DNA of 64,000 bases from positions 35,712,001-35,776,000 of the forward strand of contig CP086569.2 of assembly GCA_009914755.4 (NCBI GenBank), written 5' to 3'. This document shows positions 47,736-61,798 of this stretch, piece by piece; within the stretch, counting starts at the first letter, position 1; each line of letters begins with the position of its first letter. The translations under genes were made by a program, and so were the position numbers. Under the pieces are notes generated by a model that saw nothing but the letters and a program-made list of their open reading frames with translations, did no database searches and was not told where the DNA came from. Source of the stretch: the human T2T-CHM13v2.0 reference genome, Homo sapiens.

Positions 47736-50700
47736 GGACTCGTTTGGAATGGTCTAGTATGCAATGCAATCGACTGGCAGGGAATCAAAAGGAATGTAAT
47801 CGAATGGATTGGACTGGAATGCAATGGACTCGAATAGATTGGAAACGGAATGCAAAGGAATGGAATGGAATAGTATGGAATGGAATGGAAAGGAATGGAG
47901 TGGAATAGACTAGAGTGGAATGGAATGGACTCGAAAGCAATGGACTGGAATGGAACTTTCTTGAATGGACTGGAATCAAACGGAATGGAATGTAATGCAA
48001 TCAAATGGCATGGAATAAAATAGAATGAAAGAGAATCAAATGGAATTGAATCGAATGGAATCGAATGGATTGGCAAGGAATAGAATGGAATGGAATGGAA
48101 TTGACTCAAATGGAATGGACTAGAATGGAATGGATTCGAATGGAAGGCAAAGGAATGGAATCTATTGGAATGGACTGTAATGGAATGGAATGGAAGGGAT
48201 TGGAATGGACTCGAATGGAATGGACTGCAATAGAAAGGATTCGAATGGAATGAAAAAGAATTGAATGGAATAGAACAGAATGGAATCAAATCGAATGAAA
48301 TGGAATGGAATAGAAAGGAATGGAATGAAATGGAATGGAAAGGATTCGAATGGAATGCAATCGAATGGACTGGAATCGAACGGAATGGAATAAAATGGAA
48401 GAAAACTGGCAAGAAATGGAATCGAAATGAATGGAGTGTTATGGAACGGACTCAAAAGGAATTGAATGTAATAGAATGGAGTGGAGTGGACTCCAATATA
48501 ATAGACTGGAATGGAATGAAATCACATGGAATGGGAACGAATGGAATGGAATGGAAAGGAATGGAATCGAATGGAAAGGAATCGAATGGAAGGGAATGAA
48601 ATTGAATCAACAGGAATGGAAAGGAGTAGAATAGACGGTAATGGAATGGGCTCGAATAGAATGGACACGAATGCTCAAATTAAATGGACTCGAATGGAAT
48701 GGAAACGAAAGGAATGTCATCGAATGGAATTGAATCGATTGGAATGAAATCACATAGAATGGAGTGGAATCAAATGGAATTGAATCGAAAGGAAAGGAAG
48801 CGAATGGACTGAAATGAAATGGAATGGAATTGAATGGAAATTAATGCAATGGAATAGAATGGAAAGAAATTTCACGGAATGGAATCAAACTGAATGGAAT
48901 CAAATCAATGGAATATAATCAAATGGAATGGAAAGGAATTGAATGGAGTAGATTGGATTGGATGGGATTGGAATGAAATGTACTGGAAAGGACTCGAATT
49001 TCATGAAACGGAATGGAATGAATTAGAACGGAATGGACTCGAATGGAATGGAATATCACGGAATGGCATCAAATGGAATGGCATCAATTGGAATGGAATC
49101 GAATGCAATGGAATGCTATGGAATGGAATGGAATGCATTGGAATGGAATGTCCTCTAATGGAATGGATTCGAGTGGAATGGAATCGAATATAATGGAGTC
49201 TAATGAAATGGAATTGAAAGGAATGGGATCCAATACAATGGAATATACTGGAATGTAATGTAATGAACTCGAATGTAATTGACTGGAATGGAATGTACAT
49301 GAATGGAATGTAATCGAATGGAAAGTAATCCAATGGAATAGAATCTAATGCAATAAAATCGACTCAAGTAGAGTAGAATATAATGGAATGGAGTGCAGTG
49401 CAATGGAATGGAATGGAATGGAATGCAATGGAATGGAATGGAATGGAATGGAATGGAATGTGATGGAATGGTATGGAATGGATAGTAATGGACTGGAGTG
49501 AAATGGACTGGAAAGGAATGGACTCAAATTGAAAGGGCTCGAAAGGAATGGAGTCAAATGGAATGGTCTGGAATGGAATGAACACGAATGTAATGCAATC
49601 CAATAGAATGGAATCGAATGGCATGGAATATAAAGAAATGGAATCGAAGAGAATGGAAACAAATGGAATGGAATTGAATGGAATGGAATTGAATGGAATG
49701 GGAACGAATGGAGTGAAATTGTATGCAGTAGAAGAGAATAGAATGGAATGCAAGCGAAAGGAAAGGAATGGATTGGAATGGAATGGAATTCATTGGAATG
49801 GAAGGGAATGTAGTGTAATGGACAGGCCTGGAATAAAGTGGAATGCTACGGTCTCGAATGGAATAAAAATGTATGGAATGGAATGCAATGAAACGGAATC
49901 GAATGTCATAGAATGTAATGGAATGCAAAAAAATGGAATCCAAAATCATTGACTGGAAAGGCTGGGTGTCGAAAGGAATTGACTCCAATGGAATGGAATC
50001 GAATGGCATGGAAGTGAATAGAATGGAACTAAATCGAATGGAATGGAATTGATAGGAACGGAATGGAAAGGAATGCAATGATTTGGCATGGAATGGAATC
50101 GAATGGCATCGAATGGAATGGAATGGAATGCAATGGAATGGAATGTATTAGAATGTAATGAACTTTAATGGAATGTACTCGAATGGATTCAACTGGAATG
50201 GAATGTTCTCGAAGTGAATGGACTCCAATGGAATGGATTCGAAAGGAATGGAATCTAATGGAATGGAATTAAATGGAAATGAATCAAATTGAATAGAACG
50301 GAATTGAATTGAATGGAATCGAATGCAATGGAATCTAAAGAAAAGGAAAGGAAAGGAATGGAATGGATTGGAATGGAATGGGCTGGAATGGAATGGAATC
50401 GAAACGAATGGAATGGAATCGAACTGAAGAGACTGGAATGGAATGCACTGGAATGGAAGGGAATGTAATGGAAGGTTCTCAAGAAAAATGGAATCGAAAG
50501 GAATGGAATTGAATGGAACGGAATAGAGTCGAATGGAATTCAATGGAATGGAATGGACTAGAGTGAAATGGAATCGAACCACAAGGAATGGACAGGAATA
50601 GAATGGTCTCGAATTGAATGGAATCGTATGGAATGGCATCAAACGGAATGGAATGGACAGCCACGGAATGGAATGCACTCGAATGCAATGGAGTCGACAC

Positions 50701-51274
50701 TAACGGAGTGGAATAGAATGGACTCGACTGGTACGGACTCCAATGGAATGGAATCGAATGGAAGGGTATCGAACGGAATGGACTCGAAGGGAAAAGACTG
50801 CAATGGAAAGGTCTCGAATGGAATGGAAATTAATGGAATGGAATGGAATCGAATGAAATGGAGTCAAAAGGAATGGAATCGAATGGCAAGAAATCGAATG
50901 TAATGGAATCGCAAGGAATTGAAGTGAACGGAACGGAATGCAATGGAATCCAAAGGAATGGAATAGAATGGAATGGAATCGAATGGAAAGGACTCGAATG
51001 GAAATCACTCGAATAGAATGCAATTTAATAAAATAGGATCAAATGTAATGGAATGGAATGGAAAGGAATCGAAACGAAAGGAATGGAGACAGATGGAATG
51101 GAATGGAACAGAGAGCAATGGTATAGAATGGAATGGAATCATCTGGAATGGAATTGAATGGAATGGAATAACATGAAATGGACTGGAATGGAATGGAATG
51201 CCCTTGAATTAAATGGACTGGAATGGAATGGACTCGAACAGAGTGGAATGGAAAGTGTTGAAATAGAATGGAAT
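47736..51274. repeat. DYZ1 unit 10 (3,539 bp), variant E
   Basis: Near-identical to partial unit 14 at a 14,063-bp offset (ORFs 47600, 48894, 49200 and 49345 recur at 61663, 62957, 63263 and 63408). Confidence 0.85.
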
Positions 51275-54200
51275 GGACTCGTTTGGAATGGTCTAGTATG
51301 CAATGCAATCGACTGGCAGGGAATCAAAAGGAATGTAATCGAATGGATTGGACTGGAATGCAATGGACTCGAATAGATTGGAAACGGAAAGCAAAGGAAT
51401 GGAATGGAATAGTATGGAATGGAATGGAAAGGAATGGAGTGGAATAGACTAGAGTGGAATGGAATGGACTGGAAAGCAATGGACTGGAATGGAACTTTCT
51501 TGAATGGACTGGAATCAAACGGAATGGAATGCAATGCAATCAAATGGCATGGAATAAAATAGAATGAAAGAGAATCAAATGGAATTGAATCGAATGGAAT
51601 CGAATGGATTGGAAAGGAATAGAATGGAATGGAACGGAATTGACTCAAATGGAATGGACTAGAATGGAATGGATTCGAATGGAAGGCAAACGAATGGAAT
51701 CTATTGGAATGGACTGTAATGGAATGGAATGGAAGGGATTGGAATGGACTCGAATGGAATGGACTGCAATAGAAAGGATTCGAATGGAATGAAAAAGAAT
51801 TGAATGAAATAGAAGAGAATGGAAACAAATCGAATGAAATGGAATGGAAGAGAAAGGAATGGAATGAAATGGAATGGAAAGGATTCGAATGGAATGCAAT
51901 CGAATGGAATGGAATCGAACGGAATGGAATAAAATGGAAGAAAACTGGCAAGAAATGGAATCGAAATGAATGGAGTGTTATGGAACGGACTCAAAAGGAA
52001 TTGAATGTAATAGAATGGAGTGGAGTGGACTCGAATATAATGGACTGGAATGGAATGAAATCACATGGAATGGGAACGAATGGAATGGAATGGAAAGGAA
52101 TGGAATCGAATGGAAAGGAATCGAATGGAAGGGAATGAAATTGAATCAACAGGAATGGAAGGGAGTAGAATAGACGGTAATGGAATGGACTCGAATAGAA
52201 TGGACACGAATGCTCAAATTGAATGGACTCGAATGGAATGGAAACGAAAGGAATGTCATCGAATGGAATTGAATCGATTGGAATGAAATCGCATAGAATG
52301 GAGTGGAATCAAAAGGAATTGAATCGAAAGGAAAGGAAGCGAATGGACTGAAATGAAATGGAATGGAATTGAATGGAAAGTAATGCAATGGAATAGAATG
52401 GAACGAAATTTCACGGAATGGAATCAAACTGAATGGAATCAAATCAATGGAATATAATCAAATGGAATGGAAAGGAATTGAACGGAGTAGATTGGATTGG
52501 ATGGGATTGGAATGAAATGTACTGGAAAGGACTCGAAATTCATGAAACGGAATGGAATGAACTGGAACGGAATGGAATCGAATGGAATGGAATGTCATGT
52601 AATGGCATCAAATGGAATGGAATCGAATGCGATGGAATGCTATGGAATGGAATGGAATGCATAGGAATGGAATGTCCTCTAATGGAATGTATTCGAGTGG
52701 AATGGAATCGAATATAATGGAGTCTAATGAAATGGAATTGAAAGGAATGGGACCGAATACAATGGAATAAACTGGAATGTAATGTAATGAACTCGAATGT
52801 AATTGACTGGAATGGAATGTACATGAATGGAATGTAATCGAATGGAAAGCAATCCAATGGAATAGAATCTAATGCAATAAAATCGACTCAAATAGAGTAG
52901 AATGTAATGGAATGGAGTGCAGTGCAATGGAATGGAATGGAATGCAACGGAATGGAATGGAATGGAATGGAATGGGATGGAATGGTATGGAATGGATAGT
53001 AATGGACTGGAGTGAAATGGACTGGAAAAGAATGGACTCAAATTGAAAGGGCTCGAAAGGAATGGAGTCAAATGGAATGGTCTGGAATGGAATGAACACG
53101 AATGTAATGCAATCCAATAGAATGGAATCGAATGGCATAGAATATAAAGAAATGGAATCGAAGAGAATGGAAACAAATGGAATGGAATTGAATGGAATGG
53201 AATTGAATGGAATGGGAACGAATGGAGTGAAATTGTATGCAGTAGAAGAGAATAGAATGGAATGCAAGCGAAAGGAAAGGAATGGATTGGAATGGAATGG
53301 AATTCATTGGAATGGAAGGGAATGTAGTGTAATGGACAGGCCTGGAATAAAGTGGAATGCTACGGTCTCGAATGGAATAAAAATGTATGGAATGGAATGC
53401 AATGAAATGGAATCGAATGTCATAGAATGTAATGGAATGCAAAAAAATGGAATCCAAAATCATTGACTGGAAAGGCTGGGTGTCGAAAGGAATTGACTCC
53501 AATGGAATGGAATCGAATGGCATGGAAGTGAATAGAATGGAACTAAATCGAATGGAATGGAATTGATAGGAACGGAATGGAAAGGAATGCAATGATTTGG
53601 CATGGAATGGAATCGAATGGCATCGAATGGAATGGAATGGAATGCAATGGAATGGAATGTATTAGAATGTAATGAACTTTAATGGAATGTACTCGAATGG
53701 ATTCGACTGGAATGGAATGTTCTCGAAGTGAATGGACTCCAATGGAATGGATTCGAAAGGAATGGAATCTAATGGAATGGAATTAAATGGAAATGAATCA
53801 AATTGAATAGAACGGAATTGAATTGAATGGAATCGAATGCAATGGAATCTAATGAAAAGGAAAGGAAAGGAATGGAATGGATTGGAATGGAATGGGCTGG
53901 AATGGAATGGAATCGAAACGAATGGAATGGAATCGAACTGAAGAGACTGGAATGGAATGCACTGGAATGGAAGGGAATGTAATGGAAGGTTCTCAAGAAA
54001 AATGGAATCGAAAGGAATGGAATTGAATGGAACGGAATAGAGTCGAATGGAATTCAATGGAATGGAATGGACTAGAGTGAAATGGAATCGAACCACAAGG
54101 AATGGACAGGAATAGAATGGTCTCGAATTGAATGGAATCGTATGGAATGGCATCAAACGGAATGGAATGGACAGCCACGGAATGGAATGCACTCGAATGC

Positions 54201-54788
54201 AATGGAGTCGACACTAACGGAGTGGAATAGAATGGACTCGACTGGTACGGACTCCAATGGAATGGAATCGAATGGAAGGGTATCGAACGGAATGGACTCG
54301 AAGGGAAAAGACTGCAATGGAAAGGTCTCGAATGGAATGGAAATTAATGGAATGGAATGGAATCGAATGAAATGGAGTCAAAAGGAATGGAATCGAATGG
54401 CAAGAAATCGAATGTAATGGAATCGCAAGGAATTGAAGTGAACGGAACGGAATGCAATGGAATCCAAAGGAATGGAATAGAATGGAATGGAATCGAATGG
54501 AAAGGACTCGAATGGAAATCACTCGAATAGAATGCAATTTAATAAAATAGGATCAAATGTAATGGAATGGAATGGAAAGGAATCGAAACGAAAGGAATGG
54601 AGACAGATGGAATGGAATGGAACAGAGAGCAATGGTATAGAATGGAATGGAATCATCTGGAATGGAATTGAATGGAATGGAATAACATGAAATGGACTGG
54701 AATGGAATGGAATGCCCTTGAATTAAATGGACTGGAATGGAATGGACTCGAACAGAGTGGAATGGAAAGTGTTGAAATAGAATGGAAT
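51275..54788. repeat. DYZ1 unit 11 (3,514 bp), variant F
   Basis: Near-identical to unit 12 at a 3,514-bp offset (150-aa ORF 52724..53176 recurs as 56238..56690; 176-aa ORF 50148..50678 recurs as 53662..54192). Confidence 0.85.
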
Positions 54789-57700
54789 GGACTCGTTTGG
54801 AATGGTCTAGTATGCAATGCAATCGACTGGCAGGGAATCAAAAGGAATGTAATCGAATGGATTGGACTGGAATGCAATGGACTCGAATAGATTGGAAACG
54901 GAAAGCAAAGGAATGGAATGGAATAGTATGGAATGGAATGGAAAGGAATGGAGTGGAATAGACTAGAGTGGAATGGAATGGACTGGAAAGCAATGGACTG
55001 GAATGGAACTTTCTTGAATGGACTGGAATCAAACGGAATGGAATGCAATGCAATCAAATGGCATGGAATAAAATAGAATGAAAGAGAATCAAATGGAATT
55101 GAATCGAATGGAATCGAATGGATTGGAAAGGAATAGAATGGAATGGAACGGAATTGACTCAAATGGAATGGACTAGAATGGAATGGATTCGAATGGAAGG
55201 CAAATGAATGGAATCTATTGGAATGGACTGTAATGGAATGGAATGGAAGGGATTGGAATGGACTCGAATGGAATGGACTGCAATAGAAAGGATTCGAATG
55301 GAATGAAAAAGAATTGAATGGAATAGAACAGAATGGAATCAAATCGAATGAAATGGAATGGAAGAGAAAGGAATGGAATGAAATGGAATGGAAAGGATTC
55401 GAATGGAATGCAATCGAATGGAATGGAATCGAACGGAATGGAATAAAATGGAAGAAAACTGGCAAGAAATGGAATCGAAATGAATGGAGTGTTATGGAAC
55501 GGACTCAAAAGGAATTGAATGTAATAGAATGGAGTGGAGTGGACTCGAATATAATGGACTGGAATGGAATGAAATCACATGGAATGGGAACGAATGGAAT
55601 GGAATGGAAAGGAATGGAATCGAATGGAAAGGAATCGAATGGAAGGGAATGAAATTGAATCAACAGGAATGGAAGGGAGTAGAATAGACGGTAATGGAAT
55701 GGACTCGAATAGAATGGACACGAATGCTCAAATTGAATGCACTCGAATGGAATGGAAACGAAAGGAATGTCATCGAATGGAATTGAATCGATTGGAATGA
55801 AATCGCATAGAATGGAGTGGAATCAAATGGAATTGAATCGAAAGGAAAGGAAGCGAATGGACTGAAATGAAATGGAATGGAATTGAATGGAAAGTAATGC
55901 AATGGAATAGAATGGAACGAAATTTCACGGAATGGAATCAAACTGAATGGAATCAAATCAATGGAATATAATCAAATGGAATGGAAAGGAATTGAATGGA
56001 GTAGATTGGATTGGATGGGATTGGAATGAAATGTACTGGAAAGGACTCGAAATTCATGAAACGGAATGGAATGAACTGGAACGGAATGGACTCGAATGGA
56101 ATGGAATGTCATGGAATGGCATCAAATGGAATGGAATCGAATGCGATGGAATGCTATGGAATGGAATGGAATGCATTGGAATGGAATGTCCTCTAATGGA
56201 ATGTATTCGAGTGGAATGGAATCGAATATAATGGAGTCTAATGAAATGGAATTGAAAGGAATGGGACCGAATACAATGGAATAAACTGGTATGTAATGTA
56301 ATGAACTCGAATGTAATTGACTGGAATGGAATGTACATGAATGGAATGTAATCGAATGGAAAGCAATCCAATGGAATAGAATCTAATGCAATAAAATCGA
56401 CTCAAATAGAGTAGAATGTAATGGAATGGAGTGCAGTGCAATGGAATGGAATGGAATGCAACGGAATGGAATGGAATGGAATGGAATGGGATGGAATGGT
56501 ATGGAATGGATAGTAATGGACTGGAGTGAAATGGACTGGAAAAGAATGGACTCAAATTGAAAGGGCTCGAAAGGAATGGAGTCAAATGGAATGGTCTGGA
56601 ATGGAATGAACACGAATGTAATGCAATCCAATAGAATGGAATCGAATGGCATGGAATATAAAGAAATGGAATCGAAGAGAATGGAAACAAATGGAATGGA
56701 ATTGAATGGAATGGAATTGAATGGAATGGGAACGAATGGAGTGAAATTGTATGCAGTAGAAGAGAATAGAATGGAATGCAAGCGAAAGGAAAGGAATGGA
56801 TTGGAATGGAATGGAATTCATTGGAATGGAAGGGAATGTAGTGTAATGGACAGGCCTGGAATAAAGTGGAATGCTACGGTCTCGAATGGAATAAAAATGT
56901 ATGGAATGGAATGCAATGAAACGGAATCGAATGTCATAGAATGTAATGGAATGCAAAAAAATGGACTCCAAAATCATTGACTGGAAAGGCTGGGTGTCGA
57001 AAGGAATTGACTCCAATGGAATGGAATCGAATGGAATGGAAGTGAATAGAATCGAACTAAATCGAATGGAATGGAATTGATAGGAACGGAATGGAAAGGA
57101 ATGCAATGATTTGGCATGGAATGGAATCGAAAGGCATCGAATGGAATGGAATGGAATGCAATGGAATGGAATGTATTAGAATGTAATGAACATTAATGGA
57201 AAGTACTCGAATGGATTCGACTGGAATGGAATGTTCTGGAAGTGAATGGACTCCAATGGAATGGATTCGAAAGGAATGGAATCGAACGGAATGGAATTAA
57301 ACGGAAATGAATCAAATAGAATAGAACGGAATTGAATTGAATGGAATCGAATGCAATGGAATCTAATGAAACGGAAAGGAATGGAATGGAATGGGCTGGA
57401 ATGGAATGGAATCGAAACGAATGGAATGGAATCGAACTGAAGAGACTGGAATGGAATGCACTGGAATGGAAGGGAATGTAATGGAAGGTTCTCGAAAAAA
57501 ATGGAATCGAAAGGAATGGAATTGAATGGAACGGAATAGAGTCGAATGGAATTCAATGGAATGGAATGGACTAGAGTGAAATGGAATCGAACCACAAGGA
57601 ATGGACAGGAATAGAATGGTCTCGAATTGAATGGAATCGTATGGAATGGCATCAAACGGAATGGAATGGACGGCCACGGAATGGAATGCACTCGAATGCA

Positions 57701-58287
57701 ATGGAGTCGAAACTAATGGACTGGAATAGAATGGACTCGACTGGTACGGACTCCAATGGAATGGAATCGAATGGAAGGGAATCGAACGGAATGGACTCGA
57801 AGGGAAAAGACTGCAATGGAAAGGTCTCGAATGGAATGGAAATTAATGGAATGGAATGGAATCGAATGAAATGGAGTCAAAAGGAATGGAATCGAATGGC
57901 AAGAAATCGAATGTAATGGAATCGCAAGGAATTGATGTGAACGGAACGGAATGGAATGGAATCCAAAGGAATGGAATAGAATGGAATGGAATCGAATGGA
58001 AAGGACTCGAATGGAAATCACTCGAATAGAATGCAATTTAATAAAATAGGATCAAATGTAATGGAATGGAATGGAAAGGAATCGAAACGAAAGGAATGGA
58101 GACAGATGGAATGGAATGGAACAGAGAGCAATGGTATAGAATGGAATGGAATCATCTGGAATGGAATTGAATGGAATGGAATAATATGAAATGGAATGGA
58201 ATGGAATGGAATGCCCTTGAATTAAATGGACTGGAATGGAATGGACTCGAACAGAGTGGAATGGAAAGTGTTGAAATAGAATGGAAT
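54789..58287. repeat. DYZ1 unit 12 (3,499 bp), variant F
   Basis: See unit 11. Confidence 0.85.
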
Positions 58288-61200
58288 GGACTCGTTTGGA
58301 ATGGTCTAGTATGCAATGCAATCGACTGGCAGGGAATCAAAAGGAATGTAATCGAATGGATTGGACTGGAATGCAATGGACTCGAATAGATTGGAAACGG
58401 AAAGCAAAGGAATGGAATGGAATAGTATGGAATGGAATGCAAAGGAATGGAGTGGAATAGACTAGAGTGGAATGGAATGGACTCGAAAGCAATGGACTGG
58501 AATGGAACTTTCTTGAATGGACTGGAATCAAACGGAATGGAATGCAATGCAATCAAATGGCATGGAATAAAATAGAATGAAAGAGAATCAAATGGAATTG
58601 AATCGAATGGAATCGAATGGATTGGAAAGGAATAGAATGGAATGGAATGGAATTGACTCAAATGGAATGGACTAGAATGGAATGGATTCGAATGGAAGGC
58701 AAAGGAATGGAATCTATTGGAATGGACTGTAATGGAATGGAATGGAAGGGATTGTAATGGACTCGAATGGAATGGACTGCAGTAGAAAGGATTCGAATGG
58801 AATGAAAAAGAATTGAATGGAATAGAACAGAATGGAATCAAATCGAATGAAATGGAATGGAATAGAAAGGAATGGAATGAAATGGAATGGAAAGGATTCG
58901 AATGGAATGCAATCGAATGGAATGAAATCGAATGGAATGGAATCGAACGGAATGGAATAAAATGGAAGAAAACTGGCAAGAAATGGAATCGAAATGAATG
59001 GAGTGTTACGGAACGGACTCAAAAGGAATTGAATGTAATAGAATGGAGTGGAGTGGACTCGAATATAATGGACTAGAATGGAATGAAATCACATGGAATG
59101 GGAACGAATGGAATGGAATGGAAAGGAATGGAATCGAATGGAAAGGAATCGAATGGAAGGGAATGAAATTGAATCAACAGGAATGGAAGGGAGTAGAATA
59201 GACGGTAATGGAATGGACTCGAATAGAATGGACACGAATGCTCAAATTGAATGGACTCGAATGGAATGGCAACGAAAGGAATGTCATCGAATGGAATTGA
59301 ATCGTTGGAATGAAATCACATAGAATGGAGTGGAATCAAATGGAATTGAATCGAAAGGAAAAGAAGCGAATTGACTGAAATGAAATGGAATGGAATTGAA
59401 TGGAAAGTAATGCAACGGAATAGAATGGAATGAAATTTCACGGAATGGAATCAAACTGAATGGAATCAAATCAATGGAATATAATCAAATGGAATGGAAA
59501 GGAATTGAATGGAGTAGATTGTATTGGATGGGATTGGAATGAAATGTACTGGAAAGGACTCGAATTTCATGAAACGGAATGGAATGTATTAGAACGGAAT
59601 GGACTCGAATGGAATTGAATGTCACGGAATGGCATCAAATGGAATGGCATCAATTGGAATGGAATCGAATGCAATGGAATGCTATGGAATGGAATGGAAT
59701 GCATTGGAATGGAATGTCCTCTAATGGAATGGATTCGAGTGGAATGGAATCGAATATAATGGAGTCTAATGAAATGGAATTGAAAGGAATGGGATCCAAT
59801 ACAATGGAATATACTGGAATGTAATGTAATGAACTCGAATGTAATTGACTGGAATGGAATGTACATGAGTGGAATGTAATCGAATGGAAAGTAATCCAAT
59901 GGAATAGAATCTAATGCAATAAAATCGACTCAAATAGAGTAGAATGTAATGGAATGGAGTGCAGTGCAATGGAATGGAATGGAATGGGATGGAATGGTAT
60001 GGAATGGATAGTAATGGACTGGAGTGAAATGGACTGGAAAATAATGGACTCAAATTGAAAGGGCTCGAAAGGAATGGAGTCAAATGGAATGGTCTGGAAT
60101 GGAATGAACACGAATGTAATGCAATCCAATAGAATGGAATCGAATGGCATGGAATATAAAGAAATGGAATCGAAGAGAATGGAAACAAATGGAATGGAAT
60201 TGAATGGAATGGAATTGAATGGAATGGGAACGAATGGAGTGAAATTGTATGCAGTAGAAGAGAATAGAATGGAATGCAAGCGAAAGGAAAGGAATGGATT
60301 GGAATGGAATGGAATTCATTGGAATGGAAGGGAATGTAGTGTAATGGACAGGCCTGTAATAAAGTGGAATGCTACGGTCTCGAATGGAATAAAAATGTAT
60401 GGAATGGAATGCAATGAAACGGAATCGAATGTCATAGAAGTAATGGAATGCAAAAAAATGGACTCCAAAATCATTGACTGGAAAGGCTGGGTGTCGAAAG
60501 GAATTTACTCCAATGGAATGGAATCGAATGGAATGGAAGTGAATAGAATCGAACTAAATCGAATGGAATGGAATTGATAGGAACGGAATGGAAAGGAATG
60601 CAATGATTTCGCATGGAATGGAATCGAATGGCATCGAATGGAATGGAATGGAATGCAATGGAATGGAATGTATTAAAATGTAATGAACTTTAATGGAATG
60701 TACTCGAATGGATTCGACTGGAATGGAATGTTCTCGAAGTGAATGGACTCCAATGGAATGGATTCGAAAGGAATGGAATCTAATGGAATGGAATTAAATG
60801 GAAATGAATCAAATTGAATAGAACGGAATTGAATTGAATGGAATCGAATGCAATGGAATCTAATGAAACGGAAAGGAAAGGAATGGAATGGAATGGAATG
60901 GAATGGGCTGGAATGGAATGGAATCGAAACGAATGGAATGGAATCGAACTGAAGAGACTGGAATGGAATACACTGGAATGGAAGGGAATGTAATGGAAGG
61001 TTCTCGAAAAAATGTAATTGAAAGGAATGGAATTGAGTGTAACGGAATAGAGTCGAATGGAATTCAATGGAATGGAATGGACTAGAGTGAAATGGAATCG
61101 AACCACAAGGAATGGACAGGAATAGAATGGTCTCGAATTGAATGGAATCGTATGGAATGGCATCAAACGGAATGGAATGGACAGCCACGGAATGGAATGC

Positions 61201-61798
61201 ACTCGAATGCAATGGAGTCGAAACTAATGGACTGGAATAGAATGGACTCGACTGGTACGGACTCCAATGGAATGGAATCGAATGGAAGGGAATCGAACGG
61301 AATGGACTCGAAGGGAAAAGACTGCAATGGAAAGGTCTCGAATGGAATGGAAATTAATGGAATGGAATGGAATCGAATGAAATGGAGTCAAAAGGAATGG
61401 AATCGAATGGCAAGAAATCGGATGTAATGGAATCGCAAGGAATTGATGTGAACGGAACGGAATGGAATGGAATCCAAAGGAATGGAATAGAATGGAATGG
61501 AATCGAATGGAAAGGACTCGAATGGAAATCACTCGAATAGAATGCAATTTAATAAAATAGGATCAAATGTAATGGAATGGAATGGAAAGGAATCGAAACG
61601 AAAGGAATGGAGACAGATGGAATGGAATGGAACAGAGAGCAATGGTATAGAATGGAATGGAATCATCTGGAATGGAATTGAATGGAATGGAATAACATGA
61701 AATGGACTGGAATGGAATGGAATGCCCTTGAATTAAATGGACTGGAATGGAATGGACTCGAACAGAGTGGAATGGAAAGTGTTGAAATAGAATGGAAT
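58288..61798. repeat. DYZ1 unit 13 (3,511 bp), variant D
   Basis: See unit 9. Confidence 0.85.
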
